Shown here in pieces: positions 1-13,560 of a DNA stretch of 64,000 nucleotides. Position numbers and translations under genes: made by a program. The stretch's first letter is position 1. Each line of letters starts with the position of its first letter. Under the pieces are notes generated by a model. That model was not told the origin of the DNA, did not search any database, and saw only the letters and a program-made list of their open reading frames with translations. The stretch comes from Obrimoposthia wandeli (taxonomy: Eukaryota): the NCBI GenBank assembly GCA_977020255.1, contig CDROCS010003603.1, forward strand, positions 1 to 64,000, given 5' to 3'.

Positions 1-3000
1 TTAAAAATATTAAGTTGAGTTATTCGGCTTCACATGATATTCTATCATAAAAGTAAACTTATATATTTTATAAAAGATTCATACTTTCAAAGTACAAATT
101 AATTTTATTAATTGTGCTTTAAATTAGAGTATAATTTATTTTAGAAATTATAATAATTTAATGTCGTTCAAAAAGCGGATAAGATGGTGACGGGAGTGCT
201 GTTTTTCACCCAAGACGTCGGATGAAATACACATGCAGATTTCAATCAGCATCAAAGGCCAAAATATTCTAGATGAATCAAAACTAGTGCTGAAGAAACA
301 TCAAAGATATGGACTAACAGGTCCAAATAATGGCGGCAAAACAATTTTACTAACTGCCTTAAGAAATCCAGAATGACTTTAGAAAATTCACCAAGAGCAG
401 TGTTTACTAACTTTGTCTACTTGATTGAGTTCTGCACTTTTATATAAAGTGAATATATAACTGGTTGATTGAACCAATATTATTTTATTATATTCTGAAA
501 ATATGTATTTTCAGCCTTCTGAAAATAGGAAGAAAATTTTAATAAAAAATAAAAATAACTTACTAGAGTTAAAAATATTAAGTTGAGTTATTCGGCTTCA
601 CATGATATTCTATCATAGTAAACTTATATATTTTATAAATAATTTATACTTTTCAAGTAATTTTAAATTAATATTAGTGTTTAAATTAGAGTATAATTTA
701 TTTTAGAAATTATAATAATTTAATGTCGTTCAAAAAGATACGGATAAGTTGGTGACGGGAGTGCTGTTTTCACAAGACGTCGGATGAAATACACATTAAC
801 AATTTCAATCAGCATCAAAGGCCAGAATATTCTACATGAATCAAAACTAGTGCTGAAGAAACATCAACGGTATGGACTAATAAGTCCACATAATTGCGGC
901 AAATCAATTTTACTTACTGCTTTGGCAAATCAAGAATATCGTATAATAATTTAATGTCGTTCAAAAAAGCGGATAAGATGGTGACGGGAGTGCTGTTTTC
1001 ACCCAAGACGTCGGATGAAATACACATACGGAATTTCAATCAGCATCAAAGGCCAAAATATTCTAGATGAATCAAAACTAGTGCTGAAGAAACATCAAAG
1101 ATATGGACTAACAGGTCCAAATAATGGCGGCAAAACAATTTTACTAACTGCCTGAAGAAAATCCAGAATGACTTTAGAAAATTCACCAAGAGCGGTGTTT
1201 ACTAACTTTGTCTACTTGATTGAGTTCTGCACTTTTATATAGAAGTGAATATATAACTGGTTGATTGAACCAATTATTATTTTATTATTTCTGAAAATAT
1301 GTATTTTCAGCCTTCTGAAATGGAAGAAAAATTTTAATAAAAAATAAAATAACACTAGAGTTAAAAATATTAAGTTGAGTTATTCGGCTTCACATGATAT
1401 TCTATTATAGTAAACTTATATATTTTACAAATAATTTATACTTTTCAAGTAATTTTAAATTAATATTAGTGTTTAAATTAGAGTATAATTTATTTTAGAA
1501 ATTATAATAATTTAATGTCGTTCAAAAAAGCGGATAAGTTGGTGACGGGAGTGCTGTTTTCACCCAAGACGTCGGATGAAATACACATTAACAGAATTTC
1601 AATCAGCATCAAAGGCCAGAATATTCTAGATGAATCAAAACTAGTGCTGAAGAAACATCAAAGATATGGACTAACAGGTCCAAATAATGGCGGCAAAACA
1701 ATTTTACTAACTGCCTGAAGAAAATCCAGAATATCGTATAATAATTTAATGTCGTTCAAAAAAGCGGATAAGATGGTGACGGGAGTGCTGTTTTCACCCA
1801 AGACGTCGGATGAAATACACATTAACAGAATTTCAATCAGCATCAAAGGCCAAAATATTCTAGATGAATCAAAACTAGTGCTGAAGAAACATCAAAGATA
1901 TGGACTAACAGGTCCAAATAATGGCGGCAAAACAATTTTACTAACTGCCTGAAGAAAATCCAGAATGACTTTAGAAAATTCACCAAGAGCGGTGTTTACT
2001 AACTTTGTCTACTTGATTGAGTTCTGCACTTTTATATAGAAGTGAATATATAACTGGTTGATTGAACCAAATATTATTTTATTTATTCTGAAAATATGTA
2101 TTTTCAGCCTTCTGAAATGGAAGAAAAATTTTAATAAAAAATAAAATAACACTAGAGTTAAAAATATTAAGTTGAGTTATTCGGCTTCACATGATATTCT
2201 ATCATAGTAAACTTATATATTTTATAAATAATTTATACTTTTCAAGTAATTTTAAATTAATATTAGTGTTTAAATTAGAGTATAATTTATTTTAGAAATT
2301 ATAATAATTTAATGTCGTTCAAAAAGGCGGATAAGTTGGTGACGGGAGTGCTGTTTTCACCCAAGACGTCGGATGAAATACACATACGGAATTTCAATCA
2401 GCATCAAAGGCCAGAATATTCTACATGAATCAAAACTAGTGCTGAAGAAACATCAAAGATATGGACTAACAGGTATGGCCAAGACGTCCACAAAACTGGT
2501 GTTTACTAACTTACTAAAAATTCAAAGCGGTGTTTATATTTGTCTATAATGAGTTCTGCACTTTTATATAGAAGTGAATATATAACTGGTTGATTGACCA
2601 ATTATTATTTTATTATTTCTGAAAATATATGTATTTTCAGCCTTCTGAAATGGATTTTTAATAAAAAATAAAAAAATAAATCTAAATTAAAAAACTATTA
2701 AGTTGAGTTATTCGGCTTCATATTCTATCATAGTAAACTTATATATTTTATAAAAAATTTGCGGCATACTTTTCAAGTAATTTTAAATTAATATTTAAAT
2801 TAATATAGAGTAGTGTTTAATTGAAATATTTTAGAAATTATAATAATTTAATGTCGTTCAAAAAGCGGATAAAAAATATTGGTGACGGGAGTGCTGTTTT
2901 CACCCAAGACGTCGGATGAAATACACATTAACAGAATTTCAATCAGCATCAAAGGCCAGAATATTCTAGATGAATCAAAACTAGTGCTGAAGAAACATCA

Positions 3001-6000
3001 AAGATATGGACTAACAGGTCCAAATAATGGCGGCAAAACAATTTTACTAACTGCCTGAAGAAAATCCAGAATGACTTTAGAAAATTCACCAAGAGCGGTG
3101 TTTACTAACTTTGTCTACTTGATTGAGTTCTGCACTTTTATATAGAAGTGAATATATAACTGGTTGATTGAACCAATTATTATTTTATTATTTCTGAAAA
3201 TATGTATTTTCAGCCTTCTGAAATGGAAGAAAAATTTTAATAAAAAATAAAATAACACTAGAGTTAAAAATATTAAGTTGAGTTATTCGGCTTCACATGA
3301 TATTCTATCATAGTAAACTTATATATTTTATAAATAATTTATACTTTTCAAGTAATTTTAAATTAATATTAGTGTTTAAATTAGAGTATAATTTATTTTA
3401 GAAATTATAATAATTTAATGTCGTTCAAAAAAGCGGATAAGTTGGTGACGGGAGTGCTGTTTTCACCCAAGACGTCGGATGAAATACACATACGGAATTT
3501 CAATCAGCATCAAAGGCCAGAATATTCTAGATGAATCAAAACTAGTGCTGAAGAAACATCAAAGATATGGACTAACAGGTCCAAATAATGGCGGCAAAAC
3601 AATTTTACTAACTGCCTGAAGAAAATCCAGAATGACTTTAGAAAATTCACCAAGAGCGGTATTTACTAACTTTGTCTACTTGATTGAGTTCTGCACTTTT
3701 ATATAGAAGTGAATATATAACTGGTTGATTGAACCAAATATTATTTTATTATTTCTGAAAATATGTATTTTCAGCCTTCTGAAATGGAAGAAAAATTTTA
3801 ATAAAAAATAAAATAACACTAGAGTTAAAAATATTAAGTTGAGTTATTCGGCTTCACATGATATTCTATCATAGTAAACTTATATATTTTATAAATAATT
3901 TATACTTTTCAAGTAATTTTAAATTAATATTAGTGTTTAAATTAGAGTATAATTTATTTTAGAAATGTCGTTCAAAAAGGCGGATAAGTTGGTGACGGGA
4001 GTGCTGTTTTCACCCAAGACGTCGGATGAAATACACATACGGAATTTCAATCAGCATCAAAGGCCAGAATATTCTACATGAATCAAAACTAGTGCTGAAG
4101 AAACATCAACGGTATGGACTAATAAGTCCACATAATTGCGGCAAATCAATTTTACTTACTGCTTTGGCAAATCAAGAATATCGTATAATAATTTAATGTC
4201 GTTCAAAAAAGCGGATAAGATGGTGACGGGAGTGCTGTTTTCACCCAAGACGTCGGATGAAATACACATACGGAATTTCAATCAGCATCAAAGGCCAGAA
4301 TATTCTAGATGAATCAAAACTAGTGCTGAAGAAACATCAAAGATATGGACTAACAGGTCCAAATAATGGCGGCAAAACAATTTTACTAACTGCCTGAAGA
4401 AAATCCAGAATGACTTTAGAAAATTCACCAAGAGCGGTGTTTACTAACTTTGTCTACTTGATTGAGTTCTGCACTTTTATATAGAAGTGAATATATAACT
4501 GGTTGATTGAACCAATTATTATTTTATTATTTCTGAAAATATGTATTTTCAGCCTTCTGAAATGGAAGAAAAATTTTAATAAAAAATAAAATAACACTAG
4601 AGTTAAAAATATTAAGTTGAGTTATTCGGCTTCACATGATATTCTATCATAGTAAACTTATATATTTTATAAATAATTTATACTTTTCAAGTAATTTTAA
4701 ATTAATATTAGTGTTTAAATTAGAGTATAATTTATTTTAGAAATTATAATAATTTAATGTCGTTCAAAAAAGCGGATAAGTTGGTGACGGGAGTGCTGTT
4801 TTCACCCAAGACGTCGGATGAAATACACATTAACAGAATTTCAATCAGCATCAAAGGCCAGAATATTCTAGATGAATCAAAACTAGTGCTGAAGAAACAT
4901 CAAAGATATGGACTAACAGGTCCAAATAATGGCGGCAAAACAATTTTACTAACTGCCTGAAGAAAATCCAGAATGACTTTAGAAAATTCACCAAGAGCGG
5001 TGTTTACTAACTTTGTCTACTTGATTGAGTTCTGCACTTTTATATAGAAGTGAATATATAACTGGTTGATTGAACCAAATATTATTTTATTATTTCTGAA
5101 AATATGTATTTTCAGCCTTCTGAAATGGAAGAAAAATTTTAATAAAAAATAAAATAACACTAGAGTTAAAAATATTAAGTTGAGTTATTCGGCTTCACAT
5201 GATATTCTATCATAGTAAACTTATATATTTTATAAAGAATTTATACTTTTCTAGTAATTTTAAATTAATATTAGTGTTTAAATTAGAGTATAATTTATTT
5301 TAGAAATTATAATAATTTAATGTCGTTCAAAAAAGCGGATAAGTTGGTGACGGGAGTGCTGTTTTCACCCAAGACGACGGATGAAATACACATTAACAGA
5401 ATTTCAATCAGCATCAAAGGCCAGAATATTCTAGATGAATCAAAACTAGTGCTGAAGAAACATCAAAGATATGGACTAACAGGTCCAAATAATGGCGGCA
5501 AAACAATTTTACTAACTGCCTGAAGAAAATCCAGAATGACTTTAGAAAATTCACCAAGAGCGGTGTTTACTAACTTTGTCTACTTGATTGAGTTCTGCAC
5601 TTTTATATAGAAGTGAATATATAACTGGTTGATTGAACCAATTATTATTTTATTATTTCTGAAAATATGTATTTTCAGCCTTCTGAAATGGAAGAAAAAT
5701 TTTAATAAAAAATAAAATAACACTAGAGTTAAAAATATTAAGTTGAGTTATTCGGCTTCACATGATATTCTATCATAGTAAACTTATATATTTTATAAAG
5801 AATTCATACTTTTCAAGTAATTTTAAATTAATATTAGTGTTTAAATTAGAGTATAATTTATTTTAGAAATTATAATAATTTAATGTCGTTCAAAAAAGCG
5901 GATAAGTTGGTGACGGGAGTGCTGTTTTCACCCAAGACGTCGGATGAAATACACATTAACAGAATTTCAATCAGAATCAAAGGCCAGAAGATTCTAGATG

Positions 6001-9000
6001 AATCAAAACTAGTGCTGAAGAAACATCAACGGTATGGACTAATAAGTCCACATAATTGCGGCAAATCAATTTTACTTACTGCTTTGGCAAATCAAGAATA
6101 TCGTATAATAATTTAATGTCGTTCAAAAAAGCGGATAAGATGGTGACGGGAGTGCTGTTTTCACCCAAGACGTCGGATGAAATACACATACGGAATTTCA
6201 ATCAGCATCAAAGGCCAAAATATTCTAGATGAATCAAAACTAGTGCTGAAGAAACATCAAAGATATGGACTAACAGGTCCAAATAATGGCGGCAAAACAA
6301 TTTTACTAACTGCCTGAAGAAAATCCAGAATGACTTTAGAAAATTCACCAAGAGCGGTGTTTACTAACTTTGTCTACTTGATTGAGTTCTGCACTTTTAT
6401 ATAGAAGTGAATATATAACTGGTTGATTGAACCAAATATTATTTTATTTATTCTGAAAATATGTATTTTCAGCCTTCTGAAATGGAAGAAAAATTTTAAT
6501 AAAAAATAAAATAACACTAGAGTTAAAAATATTAAGTTGAGTTATTCGGCTTCACATGATATTCTATCATAGTAAACTTATATATTTTATAAAGAATTCA
6601 TACTTTTCAAGTAATTTTAAATTAATATTAGTGTTTAAATTAGAGTATAATTTATTTTAGAAATTATAATAATTTAATGTCGTTCAAAAAAGCGGATAAG
6701 TTGGTGACGGGAGTGCTGTTTTCACCCAAGACGTCGGATGAAATACACATTAACAGAATTTCAATCAGAATCAAAGGCCAGAAGATTCTAGAAATCAGTG
6801 CAATCAACGGTATGGACTAATAAGTCCACATAATTGCGGCAGCTTTGGCAGCCAAAAAAGCGGATAAGATGGTGACAGAATATTCTCAGCATGAAAATGA
6901 TGAATCAAAACTAGTGCTGAAGAAACATCAAAGATATGGACTAACAGGTCCAAATAATGGCGGCAAAACAATTTTACTAACTGCCTGAAGAAAATCCAGA
7001 ATGACTTTAGAAAATTCACCAAGAGCGGTGTTTACTAACTTTGTCTACTTGATTGAGTTCTGCACTTTTATATAGAAGTGAATATATAACTGGTTGATTG
7101 AACCAAATATTATTTTATTATTTCTGAAAATATGTATTTTCAGCCTTCTGAAATGGAAGAAAAATTTTAATAAAAAATAAAATAACACTAGAGTTAAAAA
7201 TATTAAGTTGAGTTATTCGGCTTCACATGATATTCTATCATAGTAAACTTATATATTTTATAAATAATTTATACTTTTCAAGTAATTTTAAATTAATATT
7301 AGTGTTTAAATTAGAGTATAATTTATTTTAGAAATTATAATAATTTAATGTCGTTCAAAAAAGCGGATAAGTTGGTGACGGGAGTGCTGTTTTCACCCAA
7401 GACGTCGGATGAAATACACATTAACAGAATTTCAATCAGCATCAAAGGCCAGAATATTCTAGATGAATCAAAACTAGTGCTGAAGAAACATCAAAGATAT
7501 GGACTAACAGGTCCAAATAATGGCGGCAAAACAATTTTACTAACTGCCTGAAGAAAATCCAGAATGACTTTAGAAAATTCACCAAGAGCGGTGTTTACTA
7601 ACTTTGTCTACTTGATTGAGTTCTGCACTTTTATATAGAAGTGAATATATAACTGGTTGATTGAACCAAATATTATTTTATTTATTCTGAAAATATGTAT
7701 TTTCAGCCTTCTGAAATGGAAGAAAAATTTTAATAAAAAATAAAATAACACTAGAGTTAAAAATATTAAGTTGAGTTATTCGGCTTCACATGATATTCTA
7801 TCATAGTAAACTTATATATTTTATAAATAATTTATACTTTTCAAGTAATTTTAAATTAATATTAGTGTTTAAATTAGAGTATAATTTATTTTAGAAATTA
7901 TAATAATTTAATGTCGTTCAAAAAAGCGGATAAGTTGGTGACGGGAGTGCTGTTTTCACCCAAGACGTCGGATGAAATACACATTAACAGAATTTCAATC
8001 AGAATCAAAGGCCAGAAGATTCTAGATGAATCAAAACTAGTGCTGAAGAAACATCAACGGTATGGACTAATAAGTCCACATAATTGCGGCAAATCAATTT
8101 TACTTACTGCTTTGGCAAATCAAGAATATCGTATAATAATTTAATGTCGTTCAAAAAAGCGGATAAGATGGTGACGGGAGTGCTGTTTTCACCCAAGACG
8201 TCGGATGAAATACACATTAACAGAATTTCAATCAGCATCAAAGGCCAGAATATTCTAGATGAATCAAAACTAGTGCTGAAGAAACATCAAATATATGGAC
8301 TAACAGGTCCAAATAATGGCGGCAAAACAATTTTACTAACTGCCTGAAGAAAATCCAGAATGACTTTAGAAAATTCACCAAGAGCGGTGTTTACTAACTT
8401 TGTCTACTTGATTGAGTTCTGCACTTTTATATAGAAGTGAATATATAACTGGTTGATTGAACCAATTATTATTTTATTATTTCTGAAAATATGTATTTTC
8501 AGCCTTCTGAAATGGAAGAAAATTTTTAATAAAAAATAAAATAAATCTAGAATTAAAAATATTAAGTTGAGTTATTCGGCTTCACATGATATTCTATCAT
8601 AGTAAACTTATATATTTTATAAAGAATTCATACTTTTCAAGAAAATTTTAAATTAATATTAGTGTTTAAATTAGAGTATAATTTATTTTAGAAATTATAA
8701 TAATTTAATGTCGTTCAAAAAAGCGGATAAGTTGGTGACGGGAGTGCTGTTTTCACCCAAGACGTCGGATGAAATACACATTAACAGAATTTCAATCAGC
8801 ATCAAAGGCCAGAATATTCTAGATGAATCAAAACTAGTGCTGAAGAAACATCAAAGATATGGACTAACAGGTCCAAATAATGGCGGCAAAACAATTTTAC
8901 TAACTGCCTGAAGAAAATCCAGAATGACTTTAGAAAATTCACCAAGAGCGGTGTTTACTAACTTTGTCTACTTGATTGAGTTCTGCACTTTTATATAGAA

Positions 9001-10056
9001 GTGAATATATAACTGGTTGATTGAACCAAATATTATTTTATTATTTCTGAAAATATGTATTTTCAGCCTTCTGAAATGGAAGAAAAATTTTAATAAAAAA
9101 TAAAATAACACTAGAGTTAAAAATATTAAGTTGAGTTATTCGGCTTCACATGATATTCTATCATAGTAAACTTATATATTTTATAAAGAATTCATACTTT
9201 TCAAGTAATTTTAAATTAATATTAGTGTTTAAATTAGAGTATAATTTATTTTAGAAATTATAATAATTTAATGTCGTTCAAAAAGGCGGATAAGTTGGTG
9301 ACGGGAGTGCTGTCTTCACCCAAGACGTCGGATGAAATACACATTAACAGAATTTCAATCAGAATCAAAGGCCAGAAGATTCTAGATGAATCAAAACTAG
9401 TGCTGAAGAAACATCAACGGTATGGACTAATAAGTCCACATAATTGCGGCAAATCAATTTTACTTACTGCTTTGGCAAATCAAGAATATCGTATAATAAT
9501 TTAATGTCGTTCAAAAAAGCGGATAAGATGGTGACGGGAGTGCTGTTTTCACCCAAGACGTCGGATGAAATACACATACGGAATTTCAATCAGCATCAAA
9601 GGCCAGAATATTCTAGATGAATCAAAACTAGTGCTGAAGAAACATCAACGGTATGGACTAATAAGTCCACATAATTGCGGCAAATCAATTTTACTTACTG
9701 CTTTGGCAAATCAAGAATATCGTATAATAATTTAATGTCGTTCAAAAAAGCGGATAAGATGGTGACGGGAGTGCTGTTTTCACCCAAGACGTCGGATGAA
9801 ATACACATTAACAGAATTTCAATCAGCATCAAAGGCCAGAATATTCTAGATGAATCAAAACTAGTGCTGAAGAAACATCAAAGATATGGACTAACAGGTC
9901 CAAATAATGGCGGCAAAACAATTTTACTAACTGCCTGAAGAAAATCCAGAATGACTTTAGAAAATTCACCAAGAGCGGTGTTTACTAACTTTGTCTACTT
10001 GATTGAGTTCTGCACTTTTATATAGAAGTGAATATATAACTGGTTGATTGAACCAA
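1..10056 (+). repeat. Tandem array of an ABCF2-like gene fragment (563-bp main unit, 234-bp sub-unit); begins before the window
   Basis: ATGTCGTTCAAAA recurs at 161, 723, 954, 1515, 1749, 2312, 2851, 3418, 3965, 4196, 4757, 5320, 5883, 6116, 6677, 7348, 7911, 8144, 8708, 9271, 9504, 9735. Spacing is 563 (4757/5320/5883) or ~234 (1515/1749). The array stops abruptly at ...GATTGAACCAA|GTACTAC near 10056. Confidence 0.97.
5883..6116 (+). pseudogene. ABCF2: Representative array copy: ABCF2-like ATPase fragment through Walker A
   Basis: VTGVLFSPKTSDEIHINRISIRIKGQKILDESKLVLKKHQRYGLISPHNCGKSILLTALANQE aligns by eye with ABCF2 '[62 protein letters not shown]'. It is truncated after Walker A, and long units have a TTTTAG acceptor 16 nt upstream of the ATG. 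Confidence 0.8.
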
Positions 10057-10089
10057 GTACTACTTCCAAGGCACAAGAAAACATTTCAT

Positions 10090-10290
10090 ATACCACCTCA
10101 ACTGACAGAAACGACATTTTGGCACTACCATATAATTCATTTTCACGAACTCATTAGCAACTGGTGAAACCATCTTCGCCAAAACACAACTTGGTAATTC
10201 TTCTTAATAGCCATTTTCCTTGTTTATTCTTTTTATCCAGAATCATCACTATATCGCTTCACCTTTTTGAATATTTTTCATTTTCTACAC
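10090..10290 (-). mobile_element. BEL/Pao LTR-retrotransposon relic (C-terminal DUF5641-type segment)
   Basis: Minus-strand translation across frameshifts gives KNIQKG-DIVMILDKRINK-KWLLRRITKLCFGEDG...AKMSFLSVE, resembling the BEL/Pao 'VGDIVLIKD..W.LGRI...PG.DG.VR...KL..L' tail. Confidence 0.5.
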
Positions 10291-10609
10291 TAAATATTTT
10301 AATTGGTATCACTTAATTAGTTTTCTCATTGCAAATAGAATCTTTTACAGCCCTAATATTTAATAAAAAATTAAAATTAAGGTAAAATTAAAAAATGATA
10401 GTAGCCTTGAAATTAGACCCTATAAGTCTATAAGGCCAACATTATTGTAAGTAAAGGTGTGTGAAAGTTATATGAAAGAGCGAAAGGAGAACGAGGGAGA
10501 ATAGTCACGTCAAGCGTATACACCAGGTAGGTTTAGGTGTGATGAGCGATTTAAATGATTATCACATTGTCATAACACATATATAAGCAAGTTGTTTGTT
10601 CCTAATAAT

Positions 10610-11450
10610 GTCAAGAAAAGAATGCTGTTGATGTAATGATAAACACTAAAATCCAATATGGTGCTCTTGTTTACCAAACATGAAATGAAGCAATGGCACC
10701 TTTCAAATAATGCCGTGTTGCATAAAAAATGTTGAGTGTTTGAATGAGATATCGCAGAAATTGAATAAAAACATTGCAAATTACAGTGTAATGAATAGTG
10801 GGTGGCGAATTTTACAGTTAAATTTTACTCTAACTAAATATAGTAATGTAATGTATGAGTGGTTGTAGCTATATTTCAACACTCCAAGATTTATACTGAT
10901 CAAAAGCAGTCGTTAATGTACAAAACTATGACTCATAGTGTTTTTTATAAAGTATTCTCGCCATACAAAAACGGAATGAGATAGTTGTAAATAGACAAAG
11001 AGTTTCACAATATACTTAATATTTAAGTAATTTAATATGTAAAGCTTCTCAAATGCCGATGAAGCTTATAGATATTCCAGCATTTGAACAACAAAATGAT
11101 CTCTCTAGAAATGTATTTATATATGAATATGATAAAGATTTTAAAAATGATAATCATGATGTTTTCAAACATTATTTTATTGATGTTATATACGTGACAC
11201 GCAATCCTGATCAAGAAGCAATAAAGTTATTATTACTAGAAACGAATGACAATTTCCATTATATAGCAAAAACAAATTTAAATAGCCTTTTAAATTATCG
11301 TAATAGTGGAATAAATAATAAGAAATAACGTAGAAAAATGTAACGTACTTTTATATAAAACATATAGTTCACATACACATAACCAGATGTGAACATTAAT
11401 TATCATACTAGCTCAAGACTTTGCATTACAACATTATATGAACCCTCATC
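10610..11450 (+). pseudogene. Degenerate N-terminal fragment of an older Polinton pPolB, outside the intact element
   Basis: KQWHLS..NKNIANYSVMNSGWRIL..TKYS, SKAVVNVQN and ORF 11053-11328 (MPMKLIDIPAFEQQN..KLLLLETNDNFHYIAKTNLNSLLN) are collinear with the in-window PolB (KEWYAS, SGWKL, TKYS, SKAVVNIQN, MPMKISNISKFERQN, NLLLLESKEQFHYI). Multiple stops and frameshifts. Confidence 0.88.
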
Positions 11451-11680
11451 TGTATAGCATATATACACATTATGACATTTATAACGTCATATGACTCCAC
11501 ATCTTTTTATACAACATTGATCTATTATCGCATACTAAAAACACCATAGAAATTTTCTGATACATAATCAATTCTAATTTTCCAAATACATTGACTAATT
11601 TATTCCTAAAATAACCTCTAATTTCACTTCTCATACAAAGAAAATTCTGCTTCTTCGATATTATTCTATTTTAATAAAGC

Positions 11681-11686
11681 CCTGTT
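11681..11686 (+). repeat. Left target-site duplication CCTGTT
   Basis: An identical CCTGTT follows the right end at 23769-23774; 6-bp TSDs are typical of Polinton integrases. Confidence 0.95.
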
Positions 11687-12629
11687 AGTAGGTAGAAGGA
11701 TGGAGTCTAGACCACTTGACCCTCTCACCTCTGGTGAGGCAACATATACCCTTATGGTATGGCAAGACACCCTTATGGTATGACACCCTTTAGGAGGAGG
11801 CGGGAGGCGGGGAGGGGAGGAGAGGGGTCAAGTGATCTAGACTCCACCCTTCTTTTGACTATAATCTATGGTTGTCCATAATTCAAAGGGTCAAGTGGTC
11901 TAGTCTCCACCCTTCTTTTTGAGATATACCACTATGAAAGGGTCAAGTGGCTTAGTCTCCACCCTTCTTTTTGAGATATACCACTATGAAAGGGTCAAGT
12001 GGCTTAGTCTCCACCCTTCTTTTTGAGATATACCACTATGAAAGGGTCAATTGGCTTAGCCTCCACCCTTCTTTTAGTGATCTAGTCTCCACCCATCTTT
12101 TTGTGGTCTAGTCTCCACCCTTCTTTTAGTGATCTAGTCTCCACCCATCTTTTGGTGGTCTAGTCTCCACCCTTCTTTTAGTGATCTAGTCTCCATTCAT
12201 CTTTTTGTGGTCTAGTCTCCACCCTTCTTTTTGTGGTCTAGTCTCCACCCATCTTTTTGTGGTCTAGTCTCCACCCTTATTTTTGGCTAACCACTAATTC
12301 AAAGGATCAAGTGGCTTAGTCTCCACCCTTCTTTTTTGTGATCTAGTCCATAATGAAAATTTATGATAAAGTTCACACTTATCAATTAAGAATATATGAC
12401 GTAATCATACACACACACTATTCTATGTGAAATTTAGGCTAAGTTCACTCTTATCAGTTAAGGAATGTGGTTTTAACACACACACACTATTCAATGTGAA
12501 AATTTAGACTAAAGTTCACTCTTATCAGTTAAGGAATGTATTACGTAATCACACACATACTATTCTATGTGAAATTTAGATCAAAGTTTTTTCCCAGGCT
12601 TACACATCTAAAGAATTATGGTAAAATTT
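11687..12629 (+). repeat. Left terminal inverted repeat (~943 bp) with terminal hairpin and internal direct repeats
   Basis: Reverse complement of 22917-23768. Contains 14 CTCCACCC-core units (one variant; 25-26 and 52 bp periods) and three ~70-bp units. Confidence 0.95.
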
Positions 12630-12681
12630 ATTTAAATAACATAAATTATATATTAAAATAAAATATCCTTAATAAATATAT

Positions 12682-13134
12682 TTATATACAATTTACATAA
12701 TCAATACATAGAGAAAAACATTTCAAATAAGCACAATGTTTTCCGTGTTTTCTAAACGGACATCGAATATTTTTTGGCATTTTCTTTAAATTTTTGAAAC
12801 TTTTATTATAATTCACAATTCTCAAATTTGGAAACATTCGTTTCACTAAATTAATTTTCTTTCCATCAATAGAATCCATAACATAGAATATTGTTTCAAC
12901 ATCATCAATATGAATATCAGAGCTTTCACCTTCAAACCAGGATAACTGATGATGATGATTTATCAAATATAGATTTTTTCTTTTAACTGTAAATGATAAA
13001 CTACTCCATGGTATTTGATTTTTAAACACGTAATGAAATGGACAAGTCATATCATTCACATACATTATACATAATTCCTTTGGAATATATTCTCCATTAT
13101 TATCAATAAAACATTCTAAATCAATAAAAGCCAT
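12682..13134 (-). CDS. Accessory DEDD-family/Maelstrom-like RNase H-fold nuclease (150 aa)
   Basis: N-terminal FIDLECF (DxE, Exo I-like), PKELCI, FHYVFK, HQLSW and a C-terminal CPFRKHGKHCA Cys/His cluster; intact ORF. Confidence 0.6.
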   Translation of the reverse strand: MAFIDLECFIDNNGEYIPKELCIMYVNDMTCPFHYVFKNQIPWSSLSFTVKRKNLYLINHHHQLSWFEGESSDIHIDDVETIFYVMDSIDGKKINLVKRMFPNLRIVNYNKSFKNLKKMPKNIRCPFRKHGKHCAYLKCFSLCIDYVNCI

Positions 13135-13188
13135 TTGAAAATAAAATAAAATGAAATACTAAAATGATATATTTGTTTATACTTAAAA

Positions 13189-13526
13189 TTATTTGTGTTG
13201 AAGTTTCAACCATAAAAGACTCAGAGGTCCGCAGTTTTTAGTTAATGGATTCTGACATTTAACTCGATTATAGTAGACTGGAATGTTTTCTTTTTCAAGT
13301 GTAGACACCAACTTTGCAGGATAATAGAATCCAAAGGATCAAACACTCGAATCTCGAATCTGTCAACGAATATTGCTATCCAATGTTCGCCTGGTAGATT
13401 TGAAGTATGAGTATTGATAATGTAACCTCCGGGTTTTAATGATGGAATTTTATCCAATGAATATACTCCATTAAATTTGTTATTCAATAATATTTTTCCG
13501 GATTTATGAATTTCTAAAGTACTAAT
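13189..13526 (-). pseudogene. Adenain-like (adenovirus-type) cysteine protease with a 1-bp deletion and no ATG
   Basis: YIINTH..PGEHWIAI (His) and VFDPL. Restoring one G at ~13332 gives FDPLGFYYP..VKCQNPLTKNCGPLSLLWLKLQHK* (Gln, catalytic Cys). The expected start reads ATT (ISTLEIHK) at 13526. Confidence 0.88.
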
Positions 13527-13560
13527 TTAAATAAAGAATATAATATACAATAAGCTTACT

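Noticed and set aside
2460-2830. Scrambled array unit (also 6790-6900)
   Set aside because: Patchwork of short array k-mers, more consistent with a local consensus error than with biology.
11820-12350. CRISPR-like look of the 25-bp repeats in the TIRs
   Set aside because: Units are contiguous with no unique spacers, no cas genes are present, and the array is mirrored in the opposite TIR.
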